Below, piece by piece: positions 11,342 through 21,732 of a stretch of DNA of 64,000 nucleotides (the stretch's first letter is position 1; each line of letters opens with the position of its first letter). Both the position numbers and the translations under genes were made by a program. The notes below the pieces were generated by a model. It saw only the letters and a program-made list of their open reading frames with translations, had not been told where the DNA came from and did not search any database. The DNA lies in NCBI GenBank assembly GCA_963667845.2, contig CAXXVL010000001.1, forward strand, positions 448,001-512,000, given 5' to 3'. This DNA comes from Smithellaceae bacterium. GTDB lineage: Bacteria > Desulfobacterota > Syntrophia > Syntrophales > Smithellaceae.

Positions 11342-12070
11342 ATGGAGATTGTATCCCTCAATCAGATCAGTCCCGATCAAGTGATCATCTGGAGCTGGAG
11401 CTTCATCACCATCAATGCAACCATTCTCTATACCTGGCTGGTGATGGCCATCCTGGTCGTCGGTTCCTGGCTGGTCACGCGCAACCTGTCGTCGGAAATG
11501 AATGTGTCGCGCTGGCAGCATTTTCTGGAGGTGATCATTTCCATCATCCGGGGTGAAATCAGTGAGATGACGAAAAAGGGGGCGGATAAATATATTCCTC
11601 TGGTCGGAACCCTCTTTTTGTTTATCTGCGTATCCAACATCCTGGTCATTGTTCCGGGGTTTGTCGCGCCGACATCGTCCATGACGACCACGGCGGCGCT
11701 GGCTTCCTGCGTCTTTATCGCCGTTCCTTTCTATGGAATATCGCGCAACGGACTTTTTCATTATGTCCGGGAATATTTTCAGCCTAATTTTATTTTCTTT
11801 CCCTTCCATGTCATGGGGGAATTATCCAGAACGCTGGCCCTCACCGTTCGTCTTTTCGGTAACATTATGAGTCACGAAAAGGTCGTCGGTATTCTGCTGG
11901 CCGTTACACCTTTTTTGTTCCCGGTGGTCATGCAGATTCTGGGACTGCTCATCGGGGTGATCCAGGCCTACATTTTTGCGATCCTTTCCATGGTCTATAT
12001 CGCTTCAGCGCTTTCCGCTGAAGACGAAGTTCATCATACGGAGACAAAGCAAGAGGGCGTAAGCGCTTAA
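11342..12070 (+). CDS. atpB: N-type ATPase subunit a
   Basis: ELSRTLALTVRLFGNIMS (essential Arg), IQAYIFAILS. Confidence 0.97.
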   Translation: MEIVSLNQISPDQVIIWSWSFITINATILYTWLVMAILVVGSWLVTRNLSSEMNVSRWQHFLEVIISIIRGEISEMTKKGADKYIPLVGTLFLFICVSNILVIVPGFVAPTSSMTTTAALASCVFIAVPFYGISRNGLFHYVREYFQPNFIFFPFHVMGELSRTLALTVRLFGNIMSHEKVVGILLAVTPFLFPVVMQILGLLIGVIQAYIFAILSMVYIASALSAEDEVHHTETKQEGVSA

Positions 12071-12098
12071 AAAACAATTTTATAAAGGAGGAGTATTT

Positions 12099-12365
12099 AT
12101 GGACAGCATCAGTCTCGTCGCGATGGCATCGATTTTCGGTGCGGGTTTGGCAATGGCAATCGGTTCAATCGGTCCCGGACTCGGCATGGGACAGGCAATC
12201 TCCCAGGCGCTGGCGGCGATCGCCCAGCAGCCGGATGAGAGAAATTCTTTAACCAGAACCCTATTTGTGGGATTGGCCATGATTGAATCCATCGCTATTT
12301 ACTGTTTCGTTATTTCCATGATCCTGATCTTTGCCAATCCTTTCTGGGGTTTCATTATCAAGTGA
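12099..12365 (+). CDS. atpE: N-type ATPase subunit c
   Basis: GSIGPGLGMG, AQQPD loop, GLAMIESIAIY, IFANPF. Confidence 0.97.
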   Translation: MDSISLVAMASIFGAGLAMAIGSIGPGLGMGQAISQALAAIAQQPDERNSLTRTLFVGLAMIESIAIYCFVISMILIFANPFWGFIIK

Positions 12366-12377
12366 GGGGGATAATCC

Positions 12378-13148
12378 ATGCATATCGACTGGTTTGTTTT
12401 TTTAGCGCAAATCTTTAATTTCCTCCTGCTCATGTACTTGTTGAAACGCTTTCTTTACGGGCGGATCCTCAAGGCCATGGATGACCGTGAAGCAAAAATA
12501 GCTGCGCGCTTCGCCGAGGCTGATGAGTTGAAAGCAAAGGCCAATGTGGCAGCCGAGCTTTATGAAAAACGTAACCAGATGCTCAATGAAACAAAAGAGG
12601 TCATGCTCAATGAGGCCACGATGGCCGCTGACGCCAAGCGCAAGGAGCTTATGGACAAAGTCCGCGTGGAAGTCGAACAGGTCAAAGCGCGTTGGCAGGA
12701 CATGCTGACCCGTGAACAGGATGCCTTCTTCTATGATCTGCGACAGCGCGCGGCCAAACAACTGTATGCCACGGCGCGCAAGGCTCTGTCCGATCTGGCG
12801 GATGCCGATCTGGAAGAGAGAATTGTCGATGAATTTCTCCGCCGGATCCAGGCGCTGGATGCGGAAAAAAGCGCTCAGATGCGCAAGGCAATCACCGGCA
12901 GCGGCAATCGGGTGACCATTCAGAGCGCTTTCGGCATTTCGGAACCGAGGCAGGCCGAGATCGAGGTAATTCTGAAAAAGCAGATCACCAACGGTTTTAC
13001 GATCCGCTATGTGAGTGAACCGGATATCGTGTCGGGCATTGAACTCAGGGTGAACGGGCATAAAATCGCCTGGAGTCTTAATGAATATCTGGAGACGCTT
13101 GTGGAGAGCTTAACGGAAACCCTCCAGAAAGAGGCGCATGCGACATAG
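12378..13148 (+). CDS. atpF: N-type ATPase subunit b (b/delta-like fusion)
   Basis: IDWFVFLAQIFNFLLL..LLKRFLY.RIL.AMD.RE, with C-terminal GIEL...KIAWS..EYL. Confidence 0.95.
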   Translation: MHIDWFVFLAQIFNFLLLMYLLKRFLYGRILKAMDDREAKIAARFAEADELKAKANVAAELYEKRNQMLNETKEVMLNEATMAADAKRKELMDKVRVEVEQVKARWQDMLTREQDAFFYDLRQRAAKQLYATARKALSDLADADLEERIVDEFLRRIQALDAEKSAQMRKAITGSGNRVTIQSAFGISEPRQAEIEVILKKQITNGFTIRYVSEPDIVSGIELRVNGHKIAWSLNEYLETLVESLTETLQKEAHAT

Positions 13149-13152
13149 AAGA

Positions 13153-13200
13153 CAGGTTCAAGGTTCAAGGTGCAAGGTGCAGGGACCAGGGACAGGGAGC
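13153..13200 (+). repeat. Heptamer tandem repeats (AAGGTTC/AAGGTGC/AGGGACC-type)
   Basis: CAGGTTC AAGGTTC AAGGTGC AAGGTGC AGGGACC AGGGAC AGGGAGC immediately after the atpF stop. Confidence 0.85.
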
Positions 13201-13244
13201 AGCGCTCAAGGCGATAAGGGGAAAAAGACGGCAGGAGGCTTGGA

Positions 13245-14813
13245 ATGAATTCAGAGGCGAATAAAGTGGAAAGTCAGGAATTAAAGACTTTTTTGGACGA
13301 TACATTTGATACGATGGACAAAGTCCTGGACGGGCAGACTGCGGAACTGCGGCAACTGGAGATCGGCCAGGTGGAGTTTGTCGGACGCGATATTGCCCGG
13401 GTCAGCGGACTGCCGCATATCCGCGCGGAGGAACTGGTCCGCTTTGCCGGAAATTACATGGGGCTGGTCTTCAATATCGACCCGACAGAAATCGGTGTTG
13501 TCATGCTGGACCCCAGTGAGCATCTGCAGGTGGGGTCGGAAGTGCAGCGCACCAAGCGCGTTCTGGATGTGCCGGTGGGGGACGCGCTCCTGGGACGGGT
13601 GGTTGATCCGATCGGGCGGCCGCTCGACGGCCTGGGGGAAGTGAATACCGTCATGCGTCTGCCAGTGGAGCGGCCCGCGCCTGCGGTTATGGACCGCGCC
13701 CCGGTTGTCGTTCCGCTGCAGACGGGTATCAAGGTGATCGATGCGCTCATTCCCGTCGGGCGCGGTCAGCGCGAATTAATTTTGGGCGACAGAATGACCG
13801 GCAAAACAGCCATTGCCGTGGATACGATTATCAACCAGAAGAACACCGGCATTATTTCCATTTACTGCGCCACCGGCAAGAAAAGCGCCGATGTGGCCAA
13901 GGTGATTGCCGATTTGCGGGATCACGGCGTGATGGGGCAGTGCATCGTGGTTGTGGCCACCGGTGAAGATACGCCGGGACTGCAATTTATCGCGCCTTAC
14001 GCGGCCACCAGCATGGGAGAATATTTCGTCGAGCAGGGCAGGGACGTTCTGATTGTCTACGATGATCTGACTTCACATGCCCGGGCCTACCGGGAAGTGT
14101 CGCTGCTTTTGCGGCGGCCGCCGGGACGCGAAGCTTTTCCCGGTGATATCTTTTACATCCACTCCCGACTGCTCGAGCGCTCCACGCATATGAAGCCGGA
14201 ATTGGGCGGCGGGTCGCTGACGTCATTGCCGATTACGGAAACGGAAGCGCAGGATATGTCATCCTACATTCCGACCAATCTCATTTCCATTACGGACGGG
14301 CAGATTTATCTCTCGCCGGTTCTTTTCAGCAAGGGCATTCTGCCGGCGGTAGATGTCGGTAAGTCCGTCTCGCGTGTGGGCGGCAAAACACAGTTGCCCG
14401 CTTACCGTTCCGTGGCGGGCGATCTCAGACTGTCCTACTCGCAGTTTGAAGAGCTGGAATCCTTCTCCCGCTTCGGTACCAGGCTGGATGACTCCACGCG
14501 CCGGACGCTGGAGCGGGGCTGGCGCGTCCGCGAAATTCTGAAACAGGGGCAGTACAAGCCGCTCCGGGCCTCGGAACAAATCGCCTCGCTGCTATCCGTG
14601 ACCGGCGGCGCGCTGGATTGTGTTCCGACGGAAAAAATCCGGGAAGTGGAGAAGCACCTGCTCGCGGCGGTTAATGAGCATTTGCCGGAATTATGCGACC
14701 GCATCGAAGCCGGCAAGAAGCTGGAAATGGCGGACCGTGACAGCATCATGAATAAAATCAAACCGGCTATTGCACCTTTTGAAGAAGTTGAGGACGCCAA
14801 TGCAAACAACTGA
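13245..14813 (+). CDS. atpA: N-type ATPase subunit alpha
   Basis: [46 protein letters not shown]. Confidence 0.98.
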   Translation: MNSEANKVESQELKTFLDDTFDTMDKVLDGQTAELRQLEIGQVEFVGRDIARVSGLPHIRAEELVRFAGNYMGLVFNIDPTEIGVVMLDPSEHLQVGSEVQRTKRVLDVPVGDALLGRVVDPIGRPLDGLGEVNTVMRLPVERPAPAVMDRAPVVVPLQTGIKVIDALIPVGRGQRELILGDRMTGKTAIAVDTIINQKNTGIISIYCATGKKSADVAKVIADLRDHGVMGQCIVVVATGEDTPGLQFIAPYAATSMGEYFVEQGRDVLIVYDDLTSHARAYREVSLLLRRPPGREAFPGDIFYIHSRLLERSTHMKPELGGGSLTSLPITETEAQDMSSYIPTNLISITDGQIYLSPVLFSKGILPAVDVGKSVSRVGGKTQLPAYRSVAGDLRLSYSQFEELESFSRFGTRLDDSTRRTLERGWRVREILKQGQYKPLRASEQIASLLSVTGGALDCVPTEKIREVEKHLLAAVNEHLPELCDRIEAGKKLEMADRDSIMNKIKPAIAPFEEVEDANANN

Positions 14814-15690
14814 GTCTCTGAAAAGGAGAATGAAAAGTGCAGGTGATCTTCTGTCGGTCGTCAAGACGATGAAGGCGCTGGCGGCCGTGAGTATCCGTCA
14901 ATACCAGAAGGCGGTGGATTCCCTGCGCGATTATAACCGGACCGTGGAGATGGGCCTGCAGATCGTGCTCAAAGAGAGAATGGGCGCGATGCTCGAGCGC
15001 AAAACCGCGACGATGAAACGCCTGGGCGTGATCGTTTTCGGTTCGGATCAGGGCCTGTGCGGACAACTCAATGAACAGATTTCCGTCTTTATGCTGAATT
15101 ACGCCAAGCATGCGGGCATCAAAAAGGAAAACCGGAAAGTGCTGTCCGTCGGAGCGCGCGTCGCCGATTATGTGGAAGATGCCGGTCAGACGGTGGATGA
15201 GTTGTTGCCGACGCCCAGTTCGACGGCCGGGATCACGCCGCTGGTTCAGGAAATCATCATGATCATCGATGAATGGCATTTCCGCCAAAATGTTGATCAC
15301 TTTTTTCTGTTTTACAACAAGTATGAAAGCGGAGCAACCTATCATCCCCATCAGGTGCAGCTGCTGCCGGTGAACCGGGAGTGGCTCAAAGAGATTGCCA
15401 AGAAGAAATGGGATTCCAAATCCCTGCCTATTTTCCGGATGGACGGCGATCAGATTTTTTCGTCGCTGATCCGGGAGTACCTTTTCGTGTCGCTATACCG
15501 GGCGTTTGCCGAGTCGCTGGCCAGTGAAAATGCCAGCCGCCTGGCTTCCATGCAGAATGCCGAGAAAAACATCGAGGAGCAACTGCAGGATCTGCACGTG
15601 CAGTTCCACCGAACGCGGCAGATGACGATTACCGAAGAACTGCTCGATATCGTCGCCGGTTTCGAGGCAATGCAGGAAGAAGCATCATAG
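14800..15690 (+). CDS. atpG: N-type ATPase subunit gamma
   Basis: [49 protein letters not shown]. Confidence 0.97.
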   Translation: MQTTESLKRRMKSAGDLLSVVKTMKALAAVSIRQYQKAVDSLRDYNRTVEMGLQIVLKERMGAMLERKTATMKRLGVIVFGSDQGLCGQLNEQISVFMLNYAKHAGIKKENRKVLSVGARVADYVEDAGQTVDELLPTPSSTAGITPLVQEIIMIIDEWHFRQNVDHFFLFYNKYESGATYHPHQVQLLPVNREWLKEIAKKKWDSKSLPIFRMDGDQIFSSLIREYLFVSLYRAFAESLASENASRLASMQNAEKNIEEQLQDLHVQFHRTRQMTITEELLDIVAGFEAMQEEAS

Positions 15691-15714
15691 CGTTTTTTAG
15701 AAAGGAGGACCGGT

Positions 15715-16509
15715 ATGTCAACAGGTTCGGATAAAAGAATTTGCGTTATCTGTGCGTGGCGGGAAAACTGCACGAAACGTTATCGGGTAAAGGTCAATGC
15801 CTTGTTCGATGTGAATTGCCCCGACTATACCCGGGACATCAAACTCAAGGAGAAGGATGTCGATATACTGGTTGATGATCAGATCATGCGCTGGCAAAAA
15901 GAAAAGAAGGAAAAGCCGGGACACGTCATCACGCTCTCCAGCGAAACGGGCGCAGGCGGCGGCAGGGTGGCCAGAGTCCTGGCCACGGAGCTGTGCATGA
16001 ATATTGTCGGCAGTGACCTCATCCAGAAAGTAGCAGAAAGCGCGCACATGAGTGACAAAGTGATCAAATCTCTGGATGAAAAGAGTATTTCACTTTTAGA
16101 CAGTTTGATCAGTTCCTTTTTTGAGGCGCGCCACATCTGGCCCAATGAATACATCCGTCATTTGTCGATGGTGATGCACACGAATGCGGAGCACGGCAAT
16201 ATCATCATTATCGGCCGCGGCGGTTGCTTCATTTTGAAAGACAAATCGTTTCGGGTGCGTATTATTGGACCCGAGGCAATGCGGGTGGAGAAAGTCATGC
16301 GCGATCGTCACCTGTCCCAGGCGGATGCACTGGCCTTCGTGCACAAATATGATGAATACCAGGTCGGTTTCATGAAAAAATATTTCAATGAAGACATTAA
16401 CGATTCGAAGCACTACGATATGGTAGTGAATACGCAGCATGTCGATATTGACAGCGCGGCCCAGGCGATAAAAAAATCGTTTCTCTCCTGGAAGGCCATG
16501 CGTGAGTGA
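15715..16509 (+). CDS. Cytidylate-kinase-like family protein with an N-terminal 4-Cys domain
   Basis: VITLSSETGAGG..VA..LA, IIIGRGG, YDMVVNT; N-terminal CVICAWRENC...CPDYTRD; AGGAGG RBS 24 nt after atpG. Confidence 0.85.
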   Translation: MSTGSDKRICVICAWRENCTKRYRVKVNALFDVNCPDYTRDIKLKEKDVDILVDDQIMRWQKEKKEKPGHVITLSSETGAGGGRVARVLATELCMNIVGSDLIQKVAESAHMSDKVIKSLDEKSISLLDSLISSFFEARHIWPNEYIRHLSMVMHTNAEHGNIIIIGRGGCFILKDKSFRVRIIGPEAMRVEKVMRDRHLSQADALAFVHKYDEYQVGFMKKYFNEDINDSKHYDMVVNTQHVDIDSAAQAIKKSFLSWKAMRE

Positions 16510-16737
16510 AAAAAAGTATTAACTGCTGTGGCAATCGAAAGGTCATTCGACAGGAAGAGAGTTCACGGCCGTGATGCGCTCGTGAATCCTCGCATGGAGT
16601 TGACGGTCATTCGTGTTTCCGGCTAAAGGATTTGGGAAGCGGGCCCCCTGGGAGGGGGAACGCGATTGAGGCAATAAAGTTAACAAAAGAATGCAGTCTG
16701 TTATTTGTCTTGAATTGAAGGGCAGTGGTGCTTGCTC

Positions 16738-16932
16738 ATGACAAACTTTGAGCGTGATTTGCTTTTAGGATTGGCGGAAGAGATCATTCTACAGCTGAAG
16801 AACCGGATCACCGAGATTGAAAATCTTCATCCCCGGGAGTCGGCTCTGGGCATTGCCACATTCCAGGAGCGCCTGCGCACCATTGAGCATTTGCGGGATT
16901 CCGTGAAGCAGGATCGTGAACTCGCCGTCTGA
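16738..16932 (+). CDS. Small hypothetical helical protein
   Basis: MTNFERDLLLGLAEEIILQLKNRITEIENLHPRESALG..., convergent with the kinase gene. Confidence 0.55.
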   Translation: MTNFERDLLLGLAEEIILQLKNRITEIENLHPRESALGIATFQERLRTIEHLRDSVKQDRELAV

Positions 16933-16939
16933 CCGGCTT

Positions 16940-18181
16940 TTACTTTTTATCCTGATTGCCGTTGGGGATTGCGCGCAGGTAGATAAAGATGGTCGTGCCG
17001 ACGCCGACCAGCGACTCCATGCTGATCAGACCGTTGTGATATTTAATGATGGAATCGCAGGTGGCGAGCCCCAGTCCGATGCCGCCGCGTTCTTTCTTTT
17101 CCTTGGTCGTAAAATACGGATCAAAAACTTTGGAGAGATTTTCCCGGGGGATGCCGACGCCGCGGTCTTTCACGATGATCCGGACGTAGTTGCCCTCGCC
17201 CAGTGCCCGGATATTGGTTGCCGTACTGGTGTTTTCGGCGATAACTTCCATGGTGCCGCCGCCGGGCATGGCTTCTTTGGCGTTCGTGACGATGTTTTCG
17301 ATCACCTGTTTGATCTGCATCGCGTCAACTTCCACGGGCCACAGGTCGGGAGAGATCACCGGCTCGCAGGCTACGTCGGAGCCGGCCAGTGTTTTCTGGA
17401 CGGCTTCCTTGACCAGATCGCCGATTCGTTCGATCTTTTTTACCGGATAGCCGCCCTGGGCGAAAGTGATCAGCCGATGTGCGAGTTCCTTGGCTTGCAG
17501 GCCTGCCCGTTCCGCAATCGCCAGACCGTTTTCCAGAATCTTATCTTCTTCATTGGCGGATATTTTCGCCAGGAAGACGTTGCGGAGAATGGCCGTGAGC
17601 AGACTGTCAAAGTCCTTGGCGACGCCGTCGGCAAAGGTTCCCAGGGATTCGAGCTTTGTCCGCTGGAGGAGTTCTTCTTCGGCCGTTTTCTGATCCGTGA
17701 TGTCTTCCAGCGTCTCCATCGCGCCGAAGGTCTTGCCGCTCGAATCGCGGATACTCGCCGAAGTGATGCGAAACCATTTTCCTTTTTCGCCCAGTTCGGA
17801 GAAAAACTGGGTGACTTCGTAGGCGTTTTTGAGGACCTTGGATTTCGTGACCTCGCCCGTGTAAAGGGATGTGGAATTTTCGTCGATCTTGCTATTCAGT
17901 ATCAAATCCGCCATGCAGGAGCGCGGAGAGGCATAGAAGGCCCGCCACTGCTGGTCCGTGCCGAGCACCTGTTTAGCCTCAATGCCGGAGAGCCCCTCGA
18001 GGGCCTTGTTCCAATGGAGGATTTTGTGATCGGTATCGATGACGAAGGTTGGAATGGGAGAACTCTGAATAATGCTGCGGAGAATCTGCTCGTCATTGCG
18101 GCCCCGCCAGATCGCATAAACGAAACTGACGATAGCCGTTGCCGCCAGAAAAAAGATAAAGAGAAGAAAATGAAGTTGCAT
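16940..18181 (-). CDS. Membrane PAS sensor histidine-kinase-like protein with a degenerate H-box (His->Lys)
   Basis: TM, PAS, LESLGTFADGVAKDFDSLL, N-box NIVTNAKEAM, DRGVGI, FDPYFTTK, GIGLGL. Confidence 0.9.
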   Translation of the reverse strand: MQLHFLLFIFFLAATAIVSFVYAIWRGRNDEQILRSIIQSSPIPTFVIDTDHKILHWNKALEGLSGIEAKQVLGTDQQWRAFYASPRSCMADLILNSKIDENSTSLYTGEVTKSKVLKNAYEVTQFFSELGEKGKWFRITSASIRDSSGKTFGAMETLEDITDQKTAEEELLQRTKLESLGTFADGVAKDFDSLLTAILRNVFLAKISANEEDKILENGLAIAERAGLQAKELAHRLITFAQGGYPVKKIERIGDLVKEAVQKTLAGSDVACEPVISPDLWPVEVDAMQIKQVIENIVTNAKEAMPGGGTMEVIAENTSTATNIRALGEGNYVRIIVKDRGVGIPRENLSKVFDPYFTTKEKKERGGIGLGLATCDSIIKYHNGLISMESLVGVGTTIFIYLRAIPNGNQDKK

Positions 18182-19004
18182 GATATTTCCCGTATCTCAA
18201 AATGTCCGGTTTCGGAATCACGATCCGATCATATCATTTTTATCGCACAACATACCGCCTCAAACGTTTGGGCGTCTTTGAATAGCAAGGATGGGCCGAA
18301 ATTGCAAGATTCTAATGGTGGTCTGCCGGTTTCTTACCGGGAGGGTGTGTTACAAAAGACACCATTATGAAATTAAAACATAATTATCACCTGTAAGTCA
18401 GCGGGCAAAGCCGGCGGCAGGCTGTCTTCCACAGCGATTCCACGGATTCGTACAAAATCCGCCAGATGGCCCGTATCAGGTCTGATGCCGCTGCGTCTCG
18501 CGGTGATGACGGGGACGGGGTGCACTGGATCAAAGCCAAAACGCACTCCCCGAAGCGCGGACAGGATCGTGACGGCAAACAACAGAGCCTTTTGGAAAGA
18601 GGGGTTGATCGAAGCCGGCAACTGTGTTTTCTCCTCGTATTGATCCGCGGTTCACATATTTTCCGGCATGTTCGTGTCAAGGGAAGATTGATTGACGCCG
18701 CAGATTATTTCGGGGCGTCCGAAAACCGTCCGATGTTCCATAACGACTCGCGCCATAACACCTCGGCCATCATTGGCTTAAGTCACACCCCGATACTCCG
18801 TTCTGATCAGATGAATCATGCGGGAAAAAAGAGAATCTATACTAAATGAAAAGATTAAATATGGAATAATGGCGTATCCGATATCTTTAAGAACGTCGTG
18901 TGTATCGCCGGCACCAAGAACTTGCTTTTCACGGCGGGCAGCAAACGACAGCCGGCTCAAAATAACACCGGCTGTCGTTGCTTTTATTCTCCCGATAATA
19001 TTGT

Positions 19005-20723
19005 TTACTGCATGATCAGACGCAGGTCAGCCAACCAATTATTGTTGGCACCCGCCGCATCCGTTGTGTTGTTATTTGCTGCGGCTTCCCGCATTAAATA
19101 ACGAACATCATCTTTATGATCCCCAATATAATTGGTCGCCGCTCCGGAAAGAGTCGACGTTTGAACCACGAGATTCCTTTCGCCGTCATAAACAAACGGC
19201 GTGGAGAGCGGTATTTCTATCCAATCTCCCACCTTGAGCCCGGCGGGCATTGTAAAAGTTCCGCTGTAGACGGTCTGTGCGCCGCTCAGATTGGCGGAGA
19301 ATGTCGCTCCCAATGTCTTATTCGCCGTGTGGCCCATCACAACCGTAAAACTTGCATAATCGGAAGCAACCGCATCGGATGTGGCGAGTCGGCGAGCTAC
19401 TTTGGCAATGGTCCCCTTTGTACCGAGTTCCGAGGCAAGATACAGGTGTTGCGACTTGTTATTGCTTGCACCACTGAAGGGAAAAGACCATGTTCCCGGT
19501 CCGGCTAAAACGACATCCATCGTTCCACCGTTGAAGCGAAATTTGATGCAGTAATAGACGCTTTCGTCGATCCCGTCTCCCGTCGACGCTCCCGCTGCTC
19601 CATAAAGTTTCCTGCCGATGGGAGCGTTACTGTTTAATTTCCAGTCCGTCATGCCGCCCGTCGCTTTAGCGGTTACTTCAATCTCGACAATGAGATTATG
19701 CGTGCCGTCATAATTGAACGCCGCGATCGGCATGGGAATCCAGATATAGGAATTCACGGGAATGCCCGCCGGCACGCTGAACTTCGCCCCGCTGGCCACG
19801 GTAACCGGCGTCCCTACATTGAAATTATTAGCAAATGTACTGGTCAACTGCGTGAGATTTGTATGGCCGAGTCGGACATTAACCGTATATTCCTCCGCTG
19901 TTGTTGCCAGGCCTGCCGGAAAAGCGATGCCGGTGATCCCGCCGGAACCGTTCACTTCAGCCGCGGTATATAAAAGCTGAACCTTTCGCTGTCCCAACGC
20001 ATTCCCGAAAGGCATTACATTAGACAAATTCCCAAACAACCCAACCGCAACATTGTCCCCGCCGGCAAAATTGAATCTAATATCCGGTACGGATGGTCCA
20101 AGTCCTCCTCCGCTCGAAATAACGCTGTTGTATGCGGGGCTTGCCTGATGAACCGTATTACTGACGTAGGTTGGCGTTCCCGTACAAGCTGAACTTCTCG
20201 ACACATCAACAACAAGATTGTCCACCCCGTTGTAATTGAATGGCTGGGTCAAAGGAATTGTAAAGTATCCTCCCGAAGACCCGGCCGGAATGGTTACGCT
20301 GACACCATTCGCCAGCGTCTGAAATGATCCTTTCCCCTGATTAACATTATTATCGTAAGGCAAAGCCAGGTCCGTTACACTGGTATGCCCCATTCTGATG
20401 GTGACGTTCGGGCAGGTTACAGCAGATGCCAAAGCATCGGCGTAGCGAAAGGAGATGGAATTGATCATCCCGGAACCTTGCACATCGCCCGCCCGATAAA
20501 GTATCATGACGCGATTGGCGCCGGGATCACTGTTAAATATCCATGCTGCGCTCGCTGGTGAATCCGGCAGTGATACGGTCTTAATAAATGTCCCCGCCTC
20601 AGCCGGCTCCGGCGCCTGCGCCGGGTCATCGCTTTTACTGCATCCAGCTAAAGTGATCAGAAAAAGGCCTGACAGCAAATATAAAAAAACCTTCTTCCTG
20701 AAAAATCTGACGATCATTTTCAT
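19005..20723 (-). CDS. Surface lipoprotein with three internal beta-rich repeats
   Basis: Lipobox LAGC; AAAGGAG RBS before ATG 20723; three units with LY...G.I...F / GHT / PF.Y[ND]G..NL[IV]V motifs. Confidence 0.85.
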   Translation of the reverse strand: MKMIVRFFRKKVFLYLLSGLFLITLAGCSKSDDPAQAPEPAEAGTFIKTVSLPDSPASAAWIFNSDPGANRVMILYRAGDVQGSGMINSISFRYADALASAVTCPNVTIRMGHTSVTDLALPYDNNVNQGKGSFQTLANGVSVTIPAGSSGGYFTIPLTQPFNYNGVDNLVVDVSRSSACTGTPTYVSNTVHQASPAYNSVISSGGGLGPSVPDIRFNFAGGDNVAVGLFGNLSNVMPFGNALGQRKVQLLYTAAEVNGSGGITGIAFPAGLATTAEEYTVNVRLGHTNLTQLTSTFANNFNVGTPVTVASGAKFSVPAGIPVNSYIWIPMPIAAFNYDGTHNLIVEIEVTAKATGGMTDWKLNSNAPIGRKLYGAAGASTGDGIDESVYYCIKFRFNGGTMDVVLAGPGTWSFPFSGASNNKSQHLYLASELGTKGTIAKVARRLATSDAVASDYASFTVVMGHTANKTLGATFSANLSGAQTVYSGTFTMPAGLKVGDWIEIPLSTPFVYDGERNLVVQTSTLSGAATNYIGDHKDDVRYLMREAAANNNTTDAAGANNNWLADLRLIMQ

Positions 20724-21255
20724 GGCGTTTTCTCCTTTACAATATGGGATAGAAAATTGGATCATTTAAGAAATGAAGGGTAATAGACAAGCAAAAGGCC
20801 CATTACTATCAAAGCGATAACAATGAATACTTTTACTTTCTTCGCGCAAGAGAGTTGCATTTCTCTCCCGATAAGTCAAACAGAATTCGATAACGCAAAT
20901 TTTTTTTTTGGAGCAATTCTGTGGGCATAACACTTCATTCGCACGACCGGCGCGAGAAATCTTTAGACATTTTTTATGGTTGGAATATCACGAATCGTTG
21001 CCGTCAATTATCCGCACCAGATTACCAGGGCGCGGTGTTTGTTCTATGGATATCCTGCACAGTGACCAGGATCGGTATTTACAATTTGTGAAAAGCCTGA
21101 CCGGTCGTGTGCTGCAGCGGAAGAAACACGGACCTGAAAAACTAGAAAACTGAAATAAGAGTTATGTCCCCGGAATTGCCTTCTCCGTGTGTTGATCCGC
21201 CGTTCATATCTTCCGCGGCCCGACTGTATCAAGAAAAGTTGATCGGCACTGCGCG

Positions 21256-21708
21256 TTATTTTGAGGCGTCCGCGAACAGAGATCCGCACGTCCGGCACTT
21301 GCGGGCGCCCCGAAATAACAGGGTCCGGCATTGCGGGCAGGTCCATCTTTCTTCTTCCGAGGCAATAAACGCATCAGTGCCCAGGCTGCGCCACTCGGGA
21401 ACCGCGCGCAGAATATTCTTTTTGCCCTCGGGGACGGGAAAATTCTCGACCTTGTCGCAGGAAAATTGATCACACTGATGGCAGCCCTGAAATTGCTTTT
21501 CGAGAGCACAGCTCTTGATAGGGCAGGCGGAACAATACCAGTAAACCGTATCGGAGAGGCACCCCTTGCAGTTAATTTTATCCGGCGTTTCATTATAAAC
21601 TTTCGCGAATTTCTCCTTCAGCTGCTGATCGCCTGTCAGGGTTGCCTGATAGATGCCGCAGACGCCGCAATATAATCCGCATGGTGCAACTAATTCATTC
21701 TTGATCAT
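21256..21708 (-). CDS. DUF3795 domain Cys-rich protein
   Basis: APCGLYCGVC, CKGC, CSACPIKSC, CHQCDQFSC, CPQC...CRTC; AGGAGG RBS. Confidence 0.9.
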   Translation of the reverse strand: MIKNELVAPCGLYCGVCGIYQATLTGDQQLKEKFAKVYNETPDKINCKGCLSDTVYWYCSACPIKSCALEKQFQGCHQCDQFSCDKVENFPVPEGKKNILRAVPEWRSLGTDAFIASEEERWTCPQCRTLLFRGARKCRTCGSLFADASK

Positions 21709-21732
21709 GTCAACCTCCTGCCGTTAAGACAT

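Noticed and set aside
16916..18370. 484-aa plus-strand ORF and other long shadow ORFs (8836-10281, 37010-38206, 58473-59528, 1436-2449)
   Set aside because: Antisense to clearly recognisable genes, with no motifs; typical of GC-rich coding DNA.
18373..18621. 82-aa minus-strand ORF vaguely like a MaoC/hotdog N-terminus
   Set aside because: No clear RBS or decisive motif; possibly a remnant but not supportable by eye.
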